A stretch of DNA of 64,000 bases from Minisyncoccota bacterium. Lineage in GTDB: Bacteria; Patescibacteriota; Minisyncoccia; UBA6257; HR35. The stretch covers positions 10,836-74,835 of the forward strand of contig JAVVGJ010000002.1 in assembly GCA_032249155.1 (NCBI GenBank). The letters are read 5' to 3'. Under the pieces are notes generated by a model that searched no databases, was not told the origin of the DNA, and saw nothing but the letters and a program-made list of their open reading frames with translations. Position numbers and translations under genes: made by a program. Of the stretch, positions 1 to 8,716 are shown in pieces; the stretch's first letter is position 1; each line of letters opens with the position of its first letter.

Positions 1-705
1 GAAAATTAAAAAGAAAAAGGAAAAAAGAATTATTTGAAAAAGATAAGCATTCGTAAATTCTGAAAGGTAAAGAAGCACTCTTGTAAGTAAAGGAGGGTTT
101 TTTGTTAATTCTTTTATCAAAATACCTATCTTAGGCATGACAAAGGTTATAAGAAGGAAGATAACTCCTAAAGACATTAAAAAAACTATAGCGGGATAAA
201 GTAAATTACCTATGATTTCTGATCTTATCTGTCTTTTCTTTTCTAAATTTTCTACCCAGCGAAGTAAATTTTCCGCTAAATTTCCAGAAACTTCTCCAGC
301 TCTAATAGTTTCTACTTCTACTTCTGAAAAAATGTGCGGGAAAGATGCTAGGGTTTTGTAAAGAGGTTCTCCTTTTTGCAAACTATAATTTAAATAATAA
401 AGAAAATCAGCCAAGCTTCCTCTAGATTCTCTAAGTAAGATTTTAAGTCCTCGATTAATATCAAGACCTGATTTTAAAATAAGATAAAGATTACGAGCGA
501 AAAAAATTTTTTGAGAAAGAGAAAGTCTAAAAAAAATTTTTAAATATATTTTCAAAAGAAAGTTTTCCGGAATTTCTTTTATTTCTATAGGAGTTAAATT
601 ATTTCTTAAAAGAAAAGCTAAGCATTCTTCTTGAGAATCCATAAAAAGATTACCTGATCTCAAATTACCCTTTTCATCATAAGCCTTGAATCTAAAAACT
701 TTCAT
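1..705 (-). CDS. pilC: Type IV pilus/T2SS platform protein PilC (GspF family); partial, continues beyond the window start
   Basis: A minus-strand ATG at 703-705 sits directly after the pilB stop (706-708). Hand translation gives MKVFRFKAYDEKGNLRSGNLFMDSQEECLAFLLRNNLTPIEIKE...KGEPLYKTLASFPHIFSEVEVETIRAGEVSGNLAENL, which matches a GspF/PilC N-terminal domain. The frame stays open to position 1. Confidence 0.7.
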   Translation of the reverse strand, partial: MKVFRFKAYDEKGNLRSGNLFMDSQEECLAFLLRNNLTPIEIKEIPENFLLKIYLKIFFRLSLSQKIFFARNLYLILKSGLDINRGLKILLRESRGSLADFLYYLNYSLQKGEPLYKTLASFPHIFSEVEVETIRAGEVSGNLAENLLRWVENLEKKRQIRSEIIGNLLYPAIVFLMSLGVIFLLITFVMPKIGILIKELTKNPPLLTRVLLYLSEFTNAYLFQIILFSFFFLIF

Positions 706-2412
706 TTATTCTCTAATAACTCTAAGCACTTCCTCGACCGTAGTTATTCCTACAAGAACTTTTTCTAAACCATCTTCAAACATCGTTTTATAACCATTTC
801 TCCTTACTATCTCTTTAATTTTTGATAAAGTAAACTCCTTAGAAGCAATAATTTCTCTAAGTTCATCATTCATAACGACACCTTCAAAAATAGCTGTTCT
901 TTCTCGATAACCGCTATAACCGCAATTTTGACATCCTTTTCCTCTAAAAAGATAAGCTTTTTCAAGTTTGTTTTTATATTCTTCAAAAGTTTCTTGAGGA
1001 ACTTCTAAGGTTTTAAGTTGTTCTAAAATTATTTTTTTCTTATATTCAGAAATTTCTTCAGAAACAATGCAGTCGGGACAAATTTTTCTAACTAATCTTT
1101 GTGCCAAAATCAAAGTTAAACTATCAGCAACTAAATAATGAGGAATACCTAAATCAATTAAACGAGGAATAGCCGTAGGTGCATCGTTAGTATGTAAAGT
1201 AGAAAGAACAAGATGACCAGTTAAAGCAGCTTGGACAGCGACATCGGCTGTTTCTGCGTCTCTAATTTCACCAACCATAATAATATCAGGATCTTGCCTT
1301 AGAAAAGCTCTCAAACCAACAGCAAAATTAAGTCCTACTTTAGGATTTACCTGCGTTTGATTAACATAAGGAATAGCATATTCAATTGGATCTTCTATAG
1401 TTACAATATTAACCTCTGGTTTATTTAAAATATTTATAATAGTGTAAAGAGTTGTTGTTTTACCAGATCCTGTAGGACCAGTAACTAAAATCATGCCAAA
1501 TGTTTTCTTTATAGCATCTAAAACAATTTCTTTAAGAGGAGAAACCATACCTAATTCATCTAAAGAAGTTGGTTTAACTGCTCCTGAAAGAATTCTTAAA
1601 ACAGCTTTTTCTCCATAAAGAGTAGGCATAATCGCTACACGGATATCAAATTCAAAATCGCTGATTTTTGTCTTAAATCTACCATCTTGTGGTCTGAAAT
1701 GTTCATCAAGCTGAAGATTAGAAATAACTTTAATTCTAGCAATAATAGGATCTAAAAATTCTTTAGGAAGGCGCATAATTTCTCTTAAAACACCATCAAT
1801 CCTAAATCTTACTAAAATTTCTTTTTCCAATGGTTCGATATGAATATCAGAAGCTCTAGAGCTAAAAGCATAACCTATTAAGTTATTTACTAAACTAACA
1901 GTTGACTCTTCAGTAATTAAGCCAGCAGAATGAAGAGTTTTAATATCTGATTGAAACCTTCTTTTATATTCTTCTGCGTAAAATCTTTGATAATTTATTA
2001 AAGCAATTCTTAAATCTTCAGGGGTGATTAAATAAACCTCAATCTTTTTATGAGTGACTTCTTCAAGAATTTTTATAGTTTCTAAATCTAAAGGATTAAC
2101 CATTCCTACTTTTAAAACATCATTTTCCAAAGCAAAAGGTACAAGTTTTTTTTCAAAAGCTAATCTTTCTGGCACTAAAGAAAGAACAAAAGTTGGTATA
2201 GTGATATTTTTTAAAGAGATTCTCGGAACCTTAATCTCTTCAGCAATAAGATTGTAAAAATAATTTAAATCTAAAAGTCTTCTTTGAATCAAAATTTCGT
2301 AAAAAGGTATACCTAATCTTTTTGAATCTTCTTTGCTTCTCTCATATAAATCCTCATCGATAACGCCTTTATTTATTAAAATCTCTTTAATTTTTTCTTC
2401 TGGCAAAATCAT
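706..2412 (-). CDS. pilB: Type IV pilus assembly ATPase PilB/GspE
   Basis: 568 aa. It has a GSPII_E N-domain, a Walker A GPTGSGKTT motif, a VGEIRD Asp box, and a C4 Zn motif (CPDC...CQNC) typical of GspE/PilB. Confidence 0.9.
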   Translation of the reverse strand: MILPEEKIKEILINKGVIDEDLYERSKEDSKRLGIPFYEILIQRRLLDLNYFYNLIAEEIKVPRISLKNITIPTFVLSLVPERLAFEKKLVPFALENDVLKVGMVNPLDLETIKILEEVTHKKIEVYLITPEDLRIALINYQRFYAEEYKRRFQSDIKTLHSAGLITEESTVSLVNNLIGYAFSSRASDIHIEPLEKEILVRFRIDGVLREIMRLPKEFLDPIIARIKVISNLQLDEHFRPQDGRFKTKISDFEFDIRVAIMPTLYGEKAVLRILSGAVKPTSLDELGMVSPLKEIVLDAIKKTFGMILVTGPTGSGKTTTLYTIINILNKPEVNIVTIEDPIEYAIPYVNQTQVNPKVGLNFAVGLRAFLRQDPDIIMVGEIRDAETADVAVQAALTGHLVLSTLHTNDAPTAIPRLIDLGIPHYLVADSLTLILAQRLVRKICPDCIVSEEISEYKKKIILEQLKTLEVPQETFEEYKNKLEKAYLFRGKGCQNCGYSGYRERTAIFEGVVMNDELREIIASKEFTLSKIKEIVRRNGYKTMFEDGLEKVLVGITTVEEVLRVIRE

Positions 2413-3011
2413 GGTTTCATTTGAATAAGAAAAAAGAATTTTTTATAAAGCGGGATTTCCAAAATTAAAATAAGAAGACTTAAAGGCAGCCAAAAAAATC
2501 TAAATGAATAGTATTCTTTTCCTTTTTTTAAAAGAATAGACAATGTTGCCATTAATAATAGTATAAAAAAAGAAACAAAAATAAAAAAGAAATTATATGG
2601 AAAAGAAAAAAGAAGAGAAGAAAGAAGAATAAAGTATTTTTCATCATCATAAAAAGGATCTCGTTTAAAAGTAAAAAATATAAGATAAAGAAAAGTAAAA
2701 ACTAGTAAAAAACCTAAAAGTCTAAAAATAAGATCTCGAAAGAAATTAAAAAAAACGTAATTTATAAAATAAGAAAAAGGAGTGTAAGGTGGCAAAAGAA
2801 ATTTTGAAAAATTATTATTTTTCCAAAGAAAATATTGAAGAAAAGAAAGTAAGAAAGAATAAAAAAGAAAAGTCAAAATAAGAAAAACTAAAAGAAAAAT
2901 CAGATAATTTATTCTTTTTTCTTCTTTTAAAAAATAAGATAAAAAGCTTAAAATTAAAAAAAGAAAGCTCAAAGGATAATAAATGTCCAAAAAAAGAATT
3001 TCTTTTAGCAT
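2409..3011 (-). CDS. Hypothetical polytopic membrane protein, extremely Phe/Leu-rich, with no Cys
   Basis: 200 aa with about 6 predicted TM helices. Its start overlaps the pilB start by 4 nt. It lacks recognisable prepilin-peptidase (A24) Asp motifs. Confidence 0.4.
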   Translation of the reverse strand: MLKEILFLDIYYPLSFLFLILSFLSYFLKEEKRINYLIFLLVFLILTFLFYSFLLSFLQYFLWKNNNFSKFLLPPYTPFSYFINYVFFNFFRDLIFRLLGFLLVFTFLYLIFFTFKRDPFYDDEKYFILLSSLLFSFPYNFFFIFVSFFILLLMATLSILLKKGKEYYSFRFFWLPLSLLILILEIPLYKKFFFLIQMKP

Positions 3012-3034
3012 TTAATTAAAAATTTTAAAACAAA

Positions 3035-3505
3035 ATGAAAGGTTTTACGCTTTTTGAAACTATTTTAGTTTTAATCATTATTTCTGTTATTTTAGGTTTT
3101 GGTTTTTATTACTTTAATCAAATGAGCCAAATGAATTTTCTTTTCGAAGAAACAAATAAAAGAATTTTAGATTTAACAAAAACAGCAAGAGAAAAAGCAA
3201 TTTTGGGGGAAGAAAACAGCGATTGGGGAATAAGTTTTGTCAATACTTCTACAGATTATGTGCTTCTTTATAAAGGAACGCCTACTAATATTTATTTTCA
3301 ATTTACTATGAACAAAAGGTTTAGTTTTGTAAATCCACCAGAAGGCAGCAGTCTTTCAATAACATTTTCTAAATTTAAAGGTTTTCCTTCAATAAGTACT
3401 ACTATTTCTATAAAAAATAGCTTAACCAATGAAATAAGATATCTTTGCATACCATCAAGTTCTTCTCCTTTTCTTTCAGCAACTTCTTCTTGTTTGGAAT
3501 TTTAA
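3035..3505 (+). CDS. Type IV pilin / pseudopilin (class III signal peptide)
   Basis: The N-terminus MKGFTLFETILVLIIISVIL fits the prepilin G|FTLxE cleavage/methylation consensus. Two Cys near the C-terminus (YLC...17 aa...SSC) resemble a pilin D-region disulfide loop. Confidence 0.75.
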   Translation: MKGFTLFETILVLIIISVILGFGFYYFNQMSQMNFLFEETNKRILDLTKTAREKAILGEENSDWGISFVNTSTDYVLLYKGTPTNIYFQFTMNKRFSFVNPPEGSSLSITFSKFKGFPSISTTISIKNSLTNEIRYLCIPSSSSPFLSATSSCLEF

Positions 3506-3553
3506 AGAAAACATTTTAAAATTAATTTAGTCGAAATTAAAAAGATTAAAAAA

Positions 3554-4261
3554 ATGGGAGAAAATTATAAAAATCTTGTTTATTTGGGAGCCACTATTTT
3601 GATTTTATCTTTGGGATCTTATTTTCTTTTAAAGAATGTTTCTCTACCTAACTTAAAAAAAGAGGAAAGTTTTGAAAGCAAATTTTTCCAAGAAGTTAAT
3701 CTAAATGTAAATTTAGGTAATTTGCCTCCTTTAGGTTTTGAGGGTGCAGAAGTAAAAATAGTAGAATTTGGAGACTTTCATTGTCCTTTTTGCGCTCTAG
3801 CTTATAATTACCTTTATCCTGAACTTGAAAAATATATTTCTTCACAAAAAGTTGTTTTTTATTTTAGAGATTTTCCTTTAGAAGGTCTTCACCCACAGGC
3901 TAAAAAGGTGCATTTAGCTTCAAGATGTGCTAATGAAGAAGGAAAATATTGGGAATTTCATAAAGAAATTTATAAAGAAGTCTTTAAAGCTATGAATGAA
4001 AGAAGGGATTATTCTTTTACTGGTAGTGATGAATATCTTTTAAATTTAGCTTCTCGCTTAGAATTGAATGAAGAAAAATTTAAAACTTGTCTTCAAGAAA
4101 AAAAATATGAAGCTGATATAAATAAAGATATTGCTGAGGGAAATAGTTATGGCGTTAATGGAACGCCGACATTTTTTATAATTAAAAAAGGAAAGGTATA
4201 TAAAGGAAGTGGCTTTGTTCCTGAATTATTGCCTGAATTTAGAAATATTATCGAAAAATGA
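3554..4261 (+). CDS. DsbA-like thiol:disulfide oxidoreductase (thioredoxin fold, membrane anchored)
   Basis: 235 aa with an N-terminal TM helix and an FHCPFC CxxC motif in a DsbA/BdbD-like thioredoxin fold. Confidence 0.7.
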   Translation: MGENYKNLVYLGATILILSLGSYFLLKNVSLPNLKKEESFESKFFQEVNLNVNLGNLPPLGFEGAEVKIVEFGDFHCPFCALAYNYLYPELEKYISSQKVVFYFRDFPLEGLHPQAKKVHLASRCANEEGKYWEFHKEIYKEVFKAMNERRDYSFTGSDEYLLNLASRLELNEEKFKTCLQEKKYEADINKDIAEGNSYGVNGTPTFFIIKKGKVYKGSGFVPELLPEFRNIIEK

Positions 4262-4503
4262 AAAAAATAATTATTTACACAACAAGCTGGTGTCCTTGGT
4301 GTCAAAAAACAAAAAAGTTCTTAGAAAATTTAGGATATTCTTATGAAGAAAGAAATGTTGAATTAAATCCTGAATGGGGGAAAGAGCTTATAGAAAAATC
4401 AGGGCAAATGGGTGTTCCTGTGACTTTAATCATTGATGAAAACGGAAAAGAAAAATTAGTTATTGGTTATGACCCTCTTTCTCTTAGAGAGGCTTTAGAA
4501 TAA
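4258..4503 (+). CDS. Glutaredoxin-like protein (NrdH/YruB-like)
   Basis: 81 aa with a TSWCPWCQKTKKFL CxxC motif at the N-terminus of a glutaredoxin fold. Its start overlaps the upstream stop (ATGA). Confidence 0.7.
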   Translation: MKKIIIYTTSWCPWCQKTKKFLENLGYSYEERNVELNPEWGKELIEKSGQMGVPVTLIIDENGKEKLVIGYDPLSLREALE

Positions 4504-4507
4504 AAAA

Positions 4508-5428
4508 ATGATTTATGATTCAATTATCATTGGAGCTTCAGCTGGTGGGATTAGTTCAGCTATTTACTTAAAAAGACAAGGACTTAATTTTATTATGATT
4601 GCTAAAGATATCGGAGGTGAGATGGCTCTTTCTGGTATTGTTGAAAATTATCCAGGTTTTCCAAAAACAACTGGTTTTGAATTAGCAGAAAAATTTGAGG
4701 AACATATTAAAAGTTACGGAATTGAGCCTATCATTGATGAAGTTATTAAAGTAGAAAAAGAAGAAAATATTTTTAAAGTTCAAACTAAAAGTAATAATTT
4801 ATATTTTTCCAAAACTTTAGTTTTAGCTACTGGAGCGACACCTAAAAAATTAAATGTTCCTGGAGAAAATGAATTTTATCATAAAGGTGTAAGTTATTGC
4901 TCTGTTTGTGATATGCCGCTTTTTAAAGGAAAAACTGTTGCTATTATAGGCGGAGGGAATTCTGCTTTAGAAGCAGGCATTATGGCTTCTAATATTTGCT
5001 TGAAAGCTTATATAGTTAATAAAAATCCAGTTTTTAAAGGAGATAAAATTCTAATTGAAGAGGTTTCAAAAAAAGAAAATGTTGAAATTATTTATAATGC
5101 TTTGACTCAGGAAATTTATGGTGACGATTTTGTTAAAGGGATAAAATATTTGGACAAAAATACAAATGAAATTAAAGATTTAAAAGTTGATGGCGTTTTT
5201 ATTCATATAGGTTTAAAACCAAACTCTGAAATGATACCAGATGAATGGAAAGTAAAAAACGAATTTGGAGAAATTATTGTTAATAAGTTTTGTGAAACCA
5301 ACGTAACGGGATTTTTTGCCGCTGGAGATGTCACCGATTTCCCACACAAACAAATAGGTATAGCCGTAGGACAAGGAATTGCTGCTGGTCTAGGCGTTAT
5401 AAATTATCTCAATAAAAATAAAATTTAA
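4508..5428 (+). CDS. trxB: Thioredoxin reductase (low-MW, FAD/NADPH)
   Basis: 306 aa. It has a GASAGG FAD-binding GxGxxG, an IIGGGNSALEAG NADPH site, and a redox-active CSVCD motif (canonical CAT/VCD). Confidence 0.8.
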   Translation: MIYDSIIIGASAGGISSAIYLKRQGLNFIMIAKDIGGEMALSGIVENYPGFPKTTGFELAEKFEEHIKSYGIEPIIDEVIKVEKEENIFKVQTKSNNLYFSKTLVLATGATPKKLNVPGENEFYHKGVSYCSVCDMPLFKGKTVAIIGGGNSALEAGIMASNICLKAYIVNKNPVFKGDKILIEEVSKKENVEIIYNALTQEIYGDDFVKGIKYLDKNTNEIKDLKVDGVFIHIGLKPNSEMIPDEWKVKNEFGEIIVNKFCETNVTGFFAAGDVTDFPHKQIGIAVGQGIAAGLGVINYLNKNKI

Positions 5429-5781
5429 ATTGAAATTTTAAGTTTTTTCTTTATCTCTCTTGGATGAAGATTTCTCACAAAATAAAGTTTAGCTCTTCTT
5501 GTTTTTGCCTTTCCTAAAATTTCAATTTTTTCTATAAGTGGTGAATGTAAAGGATATGTTTTTTCTATCATTTGTCCAGCAGCTTCCCCTCTTACTGTAA
5601 ACATCACTCTGGTTCCCTTTTTTCTTTTAACTGAAATAACCAGGCCTTCAAATTTTTGTAAAAATTCTCTTTTCTTTTCTTTAATTTTCTGCCAAACTCT
5701 TACCACCATACCTGGTTTTATTTCTGGAAGATCTTTTCTTAAATATTTTTCTTCAACAACTTTTATAAGACTGTGTGTCAT
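5425..5781 (-). CDS. rplS: 50S ribosomal protein L19
   Basis: 118 aa. The sequence GMVVRVWQKIKEKKREFLQKFEGLVISVKRKKGTRVMFTVRGEAAGQMIEKTYPLHSPLIEKIEIL aligns to L19. Confidence 0.85.
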   Translation of the reverse strand: MTHSLIKVVEEKYLRKDLPEIKPGMVVRVWQKIKEKKREFLQKFEGLVISVKRKKGTRVMFTVRGEAAGQMIEKTYPLHSPLIEKIEILGKAKTRRAKLYFVRNLHPREIKKKLKISI

Positions 5782-5787
5782 ATTAAT

Positions 5788-6099
5788 TTACATTTTATCA
5801 TAAATTCGAAAATTTTTTAAATGAGGGTCATAAACCCAAACTTCATAAGAAATCTTTTGGGGCTTAGGAAGTTTAAATATTTTTTTTACTTTATAAGGTC
5901 TTAACCTTTCTTTTTGTACTTGAATAAGTTTTAAATCTTTTTTACTTAAAGCAATGATATCGAAAAATCCTAAAATATCTTGAGAATAAAATTTTACTTT
6001 AGGCGGCTTCCAAACAAAATATTTTCTTTTTTTCAAAATCTCTAAAGCTAATTTCTCTATTTTTTTACCACGTAAAACTTTATTTACTCTTTTCTTCAT
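5788..6099 (-). CDS. UPF0102/YraN-like small endonuclease-fold protein (tentative)
   Basis: 103 aa and basic. GKKIEKLALEILKKRKYFV...FDIIAL...LIQVQ resembles the YraN restriction-endonuclease-like core. This is a weak motif-level call. Confidence 0.35.
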   Translation of the reverse strand: MKKRVNKVLRGKKIEKLALEILKKRKYFVWKPPKVKFYSQDILGFFDIIALSKKDLKLIQVQKERLRPYKVKKIFKLPKPQKISYEVWVYDPHLKNFRIYDKM

Positions 6100-6421
6100 T
6101 TTTTATTTTTTCTAAAATTTTATAAACCCTTTCAGCTTCTTCAAATTCTTTAGAAGTATAAAAAACTATTTTAGAAGGCAAATGTCTTAAATAAACTTCT
6201 TTTTTTAATTCATTTTTTATAGTTGAACCTATTTTTTGAAAATAGGAAACAAATTCATTTTTCTTCTCTTCTGGAAAAACGCTAAGATAAACTCTTAAAT
6301 AACCGCCTTTTTTAGGAAGTTTTATATCAACAATAGTAAAAAGAACATCTTGAAAGACATTAAATTTTTGCATAATTTCTGAAAGAGCTTTAATAACCTC
6401 AAATTTTTTTCTTTCTTTCAT
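6080..6421 (-). CDS. rbfA: Ribosome-binding factor A
   Basis: 113 aa. The pattern RVxxxIxxEL...DVLFTIVDIKLPKKGGYLRVYLSV...YLRHLPSKIVF matches the RbfA KH-like signature. It lies downstream of RNase J and upstream of rplS. Confidence 0.6.
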   Translation of the reverse strand: MKERKKFEVIKALSEIMQKFNVFQDVLFTIVDIKLPKKGGYLRVYLSVFPEEKKNEFVSYFQKIGSTIKNELKKEVYLRHLPSKIVFYTSKEFEEAERVYKILEKIKNEEKSK

Positions 6422-6423
6422 TT

Positions 6424-8202
6424 TTAAATTTTTATCACCACAGGCAAAATCATTGGCCTTCCTCCTGTTTTGTGATAAAGAAAATCAGCTATTTCTTCTC
6501 TTAAATGATATTTAATTTGTTCTTCTTGGATTAAAGGAGCCTCTTCTCCTAAAAATTTTATATTTCTTTTAACAATTTTCTTTATAAGTTGTGAAAGTTC
6601 TTGAATTAATTCTTTATTTGATTCTTTGGAATAACCAAAACCTTTAAAAATAATTTCTGGATTTTTTCTAATTTCTCCTGTTTGGCTATCAATCGTGACA
6701 ATAATAACAAACATTCCTTCTTTAGCTAAGTTTTTTCTATCTCTTAAAACAACACTTTCAACTGAACCCATACCTAAACCATCAACATAAACTGTATGAG
6801 CTGGGACTCTTTCGTCTGTTTTAAATATTTTTTCTGGAAGCATTTTAATAACATCACCATTTTGAGCAATAATAATTTTTTCTTGAGGTATACCTAAATT
6901 AATAGCTATTTCTTCAACAGCTTTAAGCATAAAATAATGACCATGTACAGGCATAACATATTCTGGTTTAACTAAACTAATAAAAAGCTTTACTTCTTCA
7001 GAAAAAGCATGTCCAGAAGCGTGAATGTCCATCATTTGGTAATGAACAACTTTTGCTCCTTGTTTCAAAATATCATCTTTTAATTCTTGGACAATTCTTT
7101 CATTACCAGGAATAATCGAAGAAGAAAAGATAACAGTATCGTCCTTTATCAGTTTGAAGTAGCGATGTTCACCGTTAACAATTCTCATTAAAGCTGAGCC
7201 TTCTTCAGCTTGTGAACCTGTACAAATTATAGTTACCTGATGAGGTTTAAGCTTAAATGATTCTTCTGGTTTAATAATTGTCCCTTTAGGCATTTGAAGA
7301 TATCTTAAATTTCTAGCAACTTCAACGTTCATTCTCATTGTATGTCCATCAACAACAACTTTTCTTCCATAAATAGCCGAAAGATATATAAGTTGCTGAA
7401 TTCTTTCTAAAAGAGAAGCAAAGGTAACAGCAATAATTCTTCCGTTAGCTTTTCTAAAAATTTCTTCTAAGGTCTCCATAATTTTTCTTTCAGAGATAAC
7501 AAATCCTGGCTGGTATGAGTTAGTTGAGTCTATCATTAAAAGTCTTACCCCCCTTAAAGAAAGTTTAACAATTCTTGAAAGATCAGCTGGTTTATCAAAA
7601 AAAGGAGTAAAATCTATTTTAAAGTCACCAGTATGCATAATATTCCCAACAGGTGTTTGGATAAAAAGTCCAACAGAATCAGGAATATTGTGATTAACAT
7701 GGAAGTAATCAATAGTAAAAGAACCAATCTTTAATGGTTTATAAACATCTTTTCTAAATTCTATAACTTCTAATTTTGGAGCAGAAGGAAAATCTTCTTG
7801 TCTTTTCAAAATAATTCCTTTTGAAAGAGGTGTAGCGTATATAGGAGGATTACCTAATTTATCAATAAGATAAGGAATAGCGCCGATATGATCATAATGT
7901 CCATGAGTGATAACAATTCCTACAATTTTTTCTTTATTTTTTTCTAAATATTCAACGTTAGGAATTAAAAAGTCAACACCTGGCATTTCTTCAAAAAATG
8001 GATAACCTAAACCTATATCAACAATAAGAATTTCTTTTTCATTAAGCTCAAAAGCAGTTAAATTTCTTCCTACTTCTTCTAAACCTCCTAAGGGTATGAT
8101 TTTTAAAGTTCCGAAATATCTTTTTTCTTCTCTCTTTTCTTTTCTTCTTAATTTAAATTCTTCGCTTTTTATTTCCTCAATTTGCTTGATGTTTGTTTCC
8201 AT
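6424..8202 (-). CDS. rnj: Ribonuclease J (metallo-beta-lactamase/beta-CASP)
   Basis: 592 aa with the ITHGHYDHIG (HxHxDH) motif, a beta-CASP region, and an RNase J C-terminal domain. Confidence 0.85.
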   Translation of the reverse strand: METNIKQIEEIKSEEFKLRRKEKREEKRYFGTLKIIPLGGLEEVGRNLTAFELNEKEILIVDIGLGYPFFEEMPGVDFLIPNVEYLEKNKEKIVGIVITHGHYDHIGAIPYLIDKLGNPPIYATPLSKGIILKRQEDFPSAPKLEVIEFRKDVYKPLKIGSFTIDYFHVNHNIPDSVGLFIQTPVGNIMHTGDFKIDFTPFFDKPADLSRIVKLSLRGVRLLMIDSTNSYQPGFVISERKIMETLEEIFRKANGRIIAVTFASLLERIQQLIYLSAIYGRKVVVDGHTMRMNVEVARNLRYLQMPKGTIIKPEESFKLKPHQVTIICTGSQAEEGSALMRIVNGEHRYFKLIKDDTVIFSSSIIPGNERIVQELKDDILKQGAKVVHYQMMDIHASGHAFSEEVKLFISLVKPEYVMPVHGHYFMLKAVEEIAINLGIPQEKIIIAQNGDVIKMLPEKIFKTDERVPAHTVYVDGLGMGSVESVVLRDRKNLAKEGMFVIIVTIDSQTGEIRKNPEIIFKGFGYSKESNKELIQELSQLIKKIVKRNIKFLGEEAPLIQEEQIKYHLREEIADFLYHKTGGRPMILPVVIKI

Positions 8203-8232
8203 TTAAATTAAACTTTTTTAATTTGACCTTTA

Positions 8233-8315
8233 TGGGCAGGGAGGGATTCGAACCCTCACGGCTTTTAGCCACAAGGTCCTGAACCTTGCGCGTCTTCCAA
8301 TTCCGCCACCTGCCC
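8233..8315 (-). tRNA. tRNA-Leu (anticodon CAG), type II with long variable arm
   Basis: The reverse complement GGGCAGGTGGCGGAATTGGAAGACGCGCAAGGTTCAGGACCTTGTGGCTAAAAGCCGTGAGGGTTCGAATCCCTCCCTGCCCA folds by hand into a cloverleaf. The acceptor is GGGCAGG/CCTGCCC, the anticodon stem CAAGG/CCTTG, the loop TTCAGGA, and there is a T-loop GGTTCGAATCC. Confidence 0.85.
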
Positions 8316-8716
8316 TAATCAGATACTTCCAAATTTAAAATAGTTGAACTTGGTGAACTTATATCAATAGTTGCTGTAGCAAAAAGATTTTTAGATATAG
8401 CTGTCGAAGTAAGAGTTGAGGTTAAAGAAATAAGTCTTAAACTAGAACTTAAAGAAGTTGTAGCAATAGAAATATTAACGTAACCTTGAGGTAAATTTAT
8501 TTGCATTGAAGTAGTAGTAAAATCTCTGTCTTGATTAATTCTATATAAAGCATAACGCAAACCGCTTATTTCTAAAGATTTTAAAGAAATGTTTCTTTGG
8601 AAGATGAATGCTAAATTATAAGAAAAAGAGAGATAATTTAGTACTATTATAACTAAAAAACCAAAAAAAATCAAGATTATACCTAAAAAACCTAATAAAA
8701 CTTGACCTTTTTTCAT
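8315..8716 (-). CDS. Hypothetical membrane-anchored protein, possible minor pilin-like (non-canonical N-terminus)
   Basis: 133 aa. The N-terminus MKKGQVLLGFLGIILIFFGFLVII is hydrophobic, and the C-terminal part is Ser/Thr-rich. It is the first of three consecutive genes downstream of fusA. The start is uncertain because the ORF track allows alternative starts. Confidence 0.35.
   Translation of the reverse strand: MKKGQVLLGFLGIILIFFGFLVIIVLNYLSFSYNLAFIFQRNISLKSLEISGLRYALYRINQDRDFTTTSMQINLPQGYVNISIATTSLSSSLRLISLTSTLTSTAISKNLFATATIDISSPSSTILNLEVSD

Noticed and set aside
2054-2257. Short ORFs lying inside or antisense to large conserved genes, at 2054-2257, 10339-10578, 12734-12925, 14357-14602, 19848-20069, 20784-20990, 23429-23656, 29188-29472, 31553-31861, 32715-32918, 33740-33964, 35504-35737, 35870-36142, 37972-38202, 39390-39603, 40292-40474, 42965-43189, 45997-46365, 46411-46611, 47085-47351, 49000-49691, 55802-56119, 56335-56604, 60198-60437 and 62635-62880.
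   Set aside because: Each is fully contained in, or antisense to, a strongly supported conserved gene (pilB, fusA, rpsL, dnaE, rpoC and so on). They are low-complexity in composition and have no motifs. 56335-56604 in particular is the shadow of the real rpmI on the opposite strand.
2409-3011. The membrane protein next to pilB as a prepilin peptidase PilD.
   Set aside because: I found no conserved A24 peptidase catalytic Asp pair, GG motifs or N-terminal Cys zinc domain. The protein is an almost pure Phe/Leu-rich hydrophobic sequence, so it is left as hypothetical.
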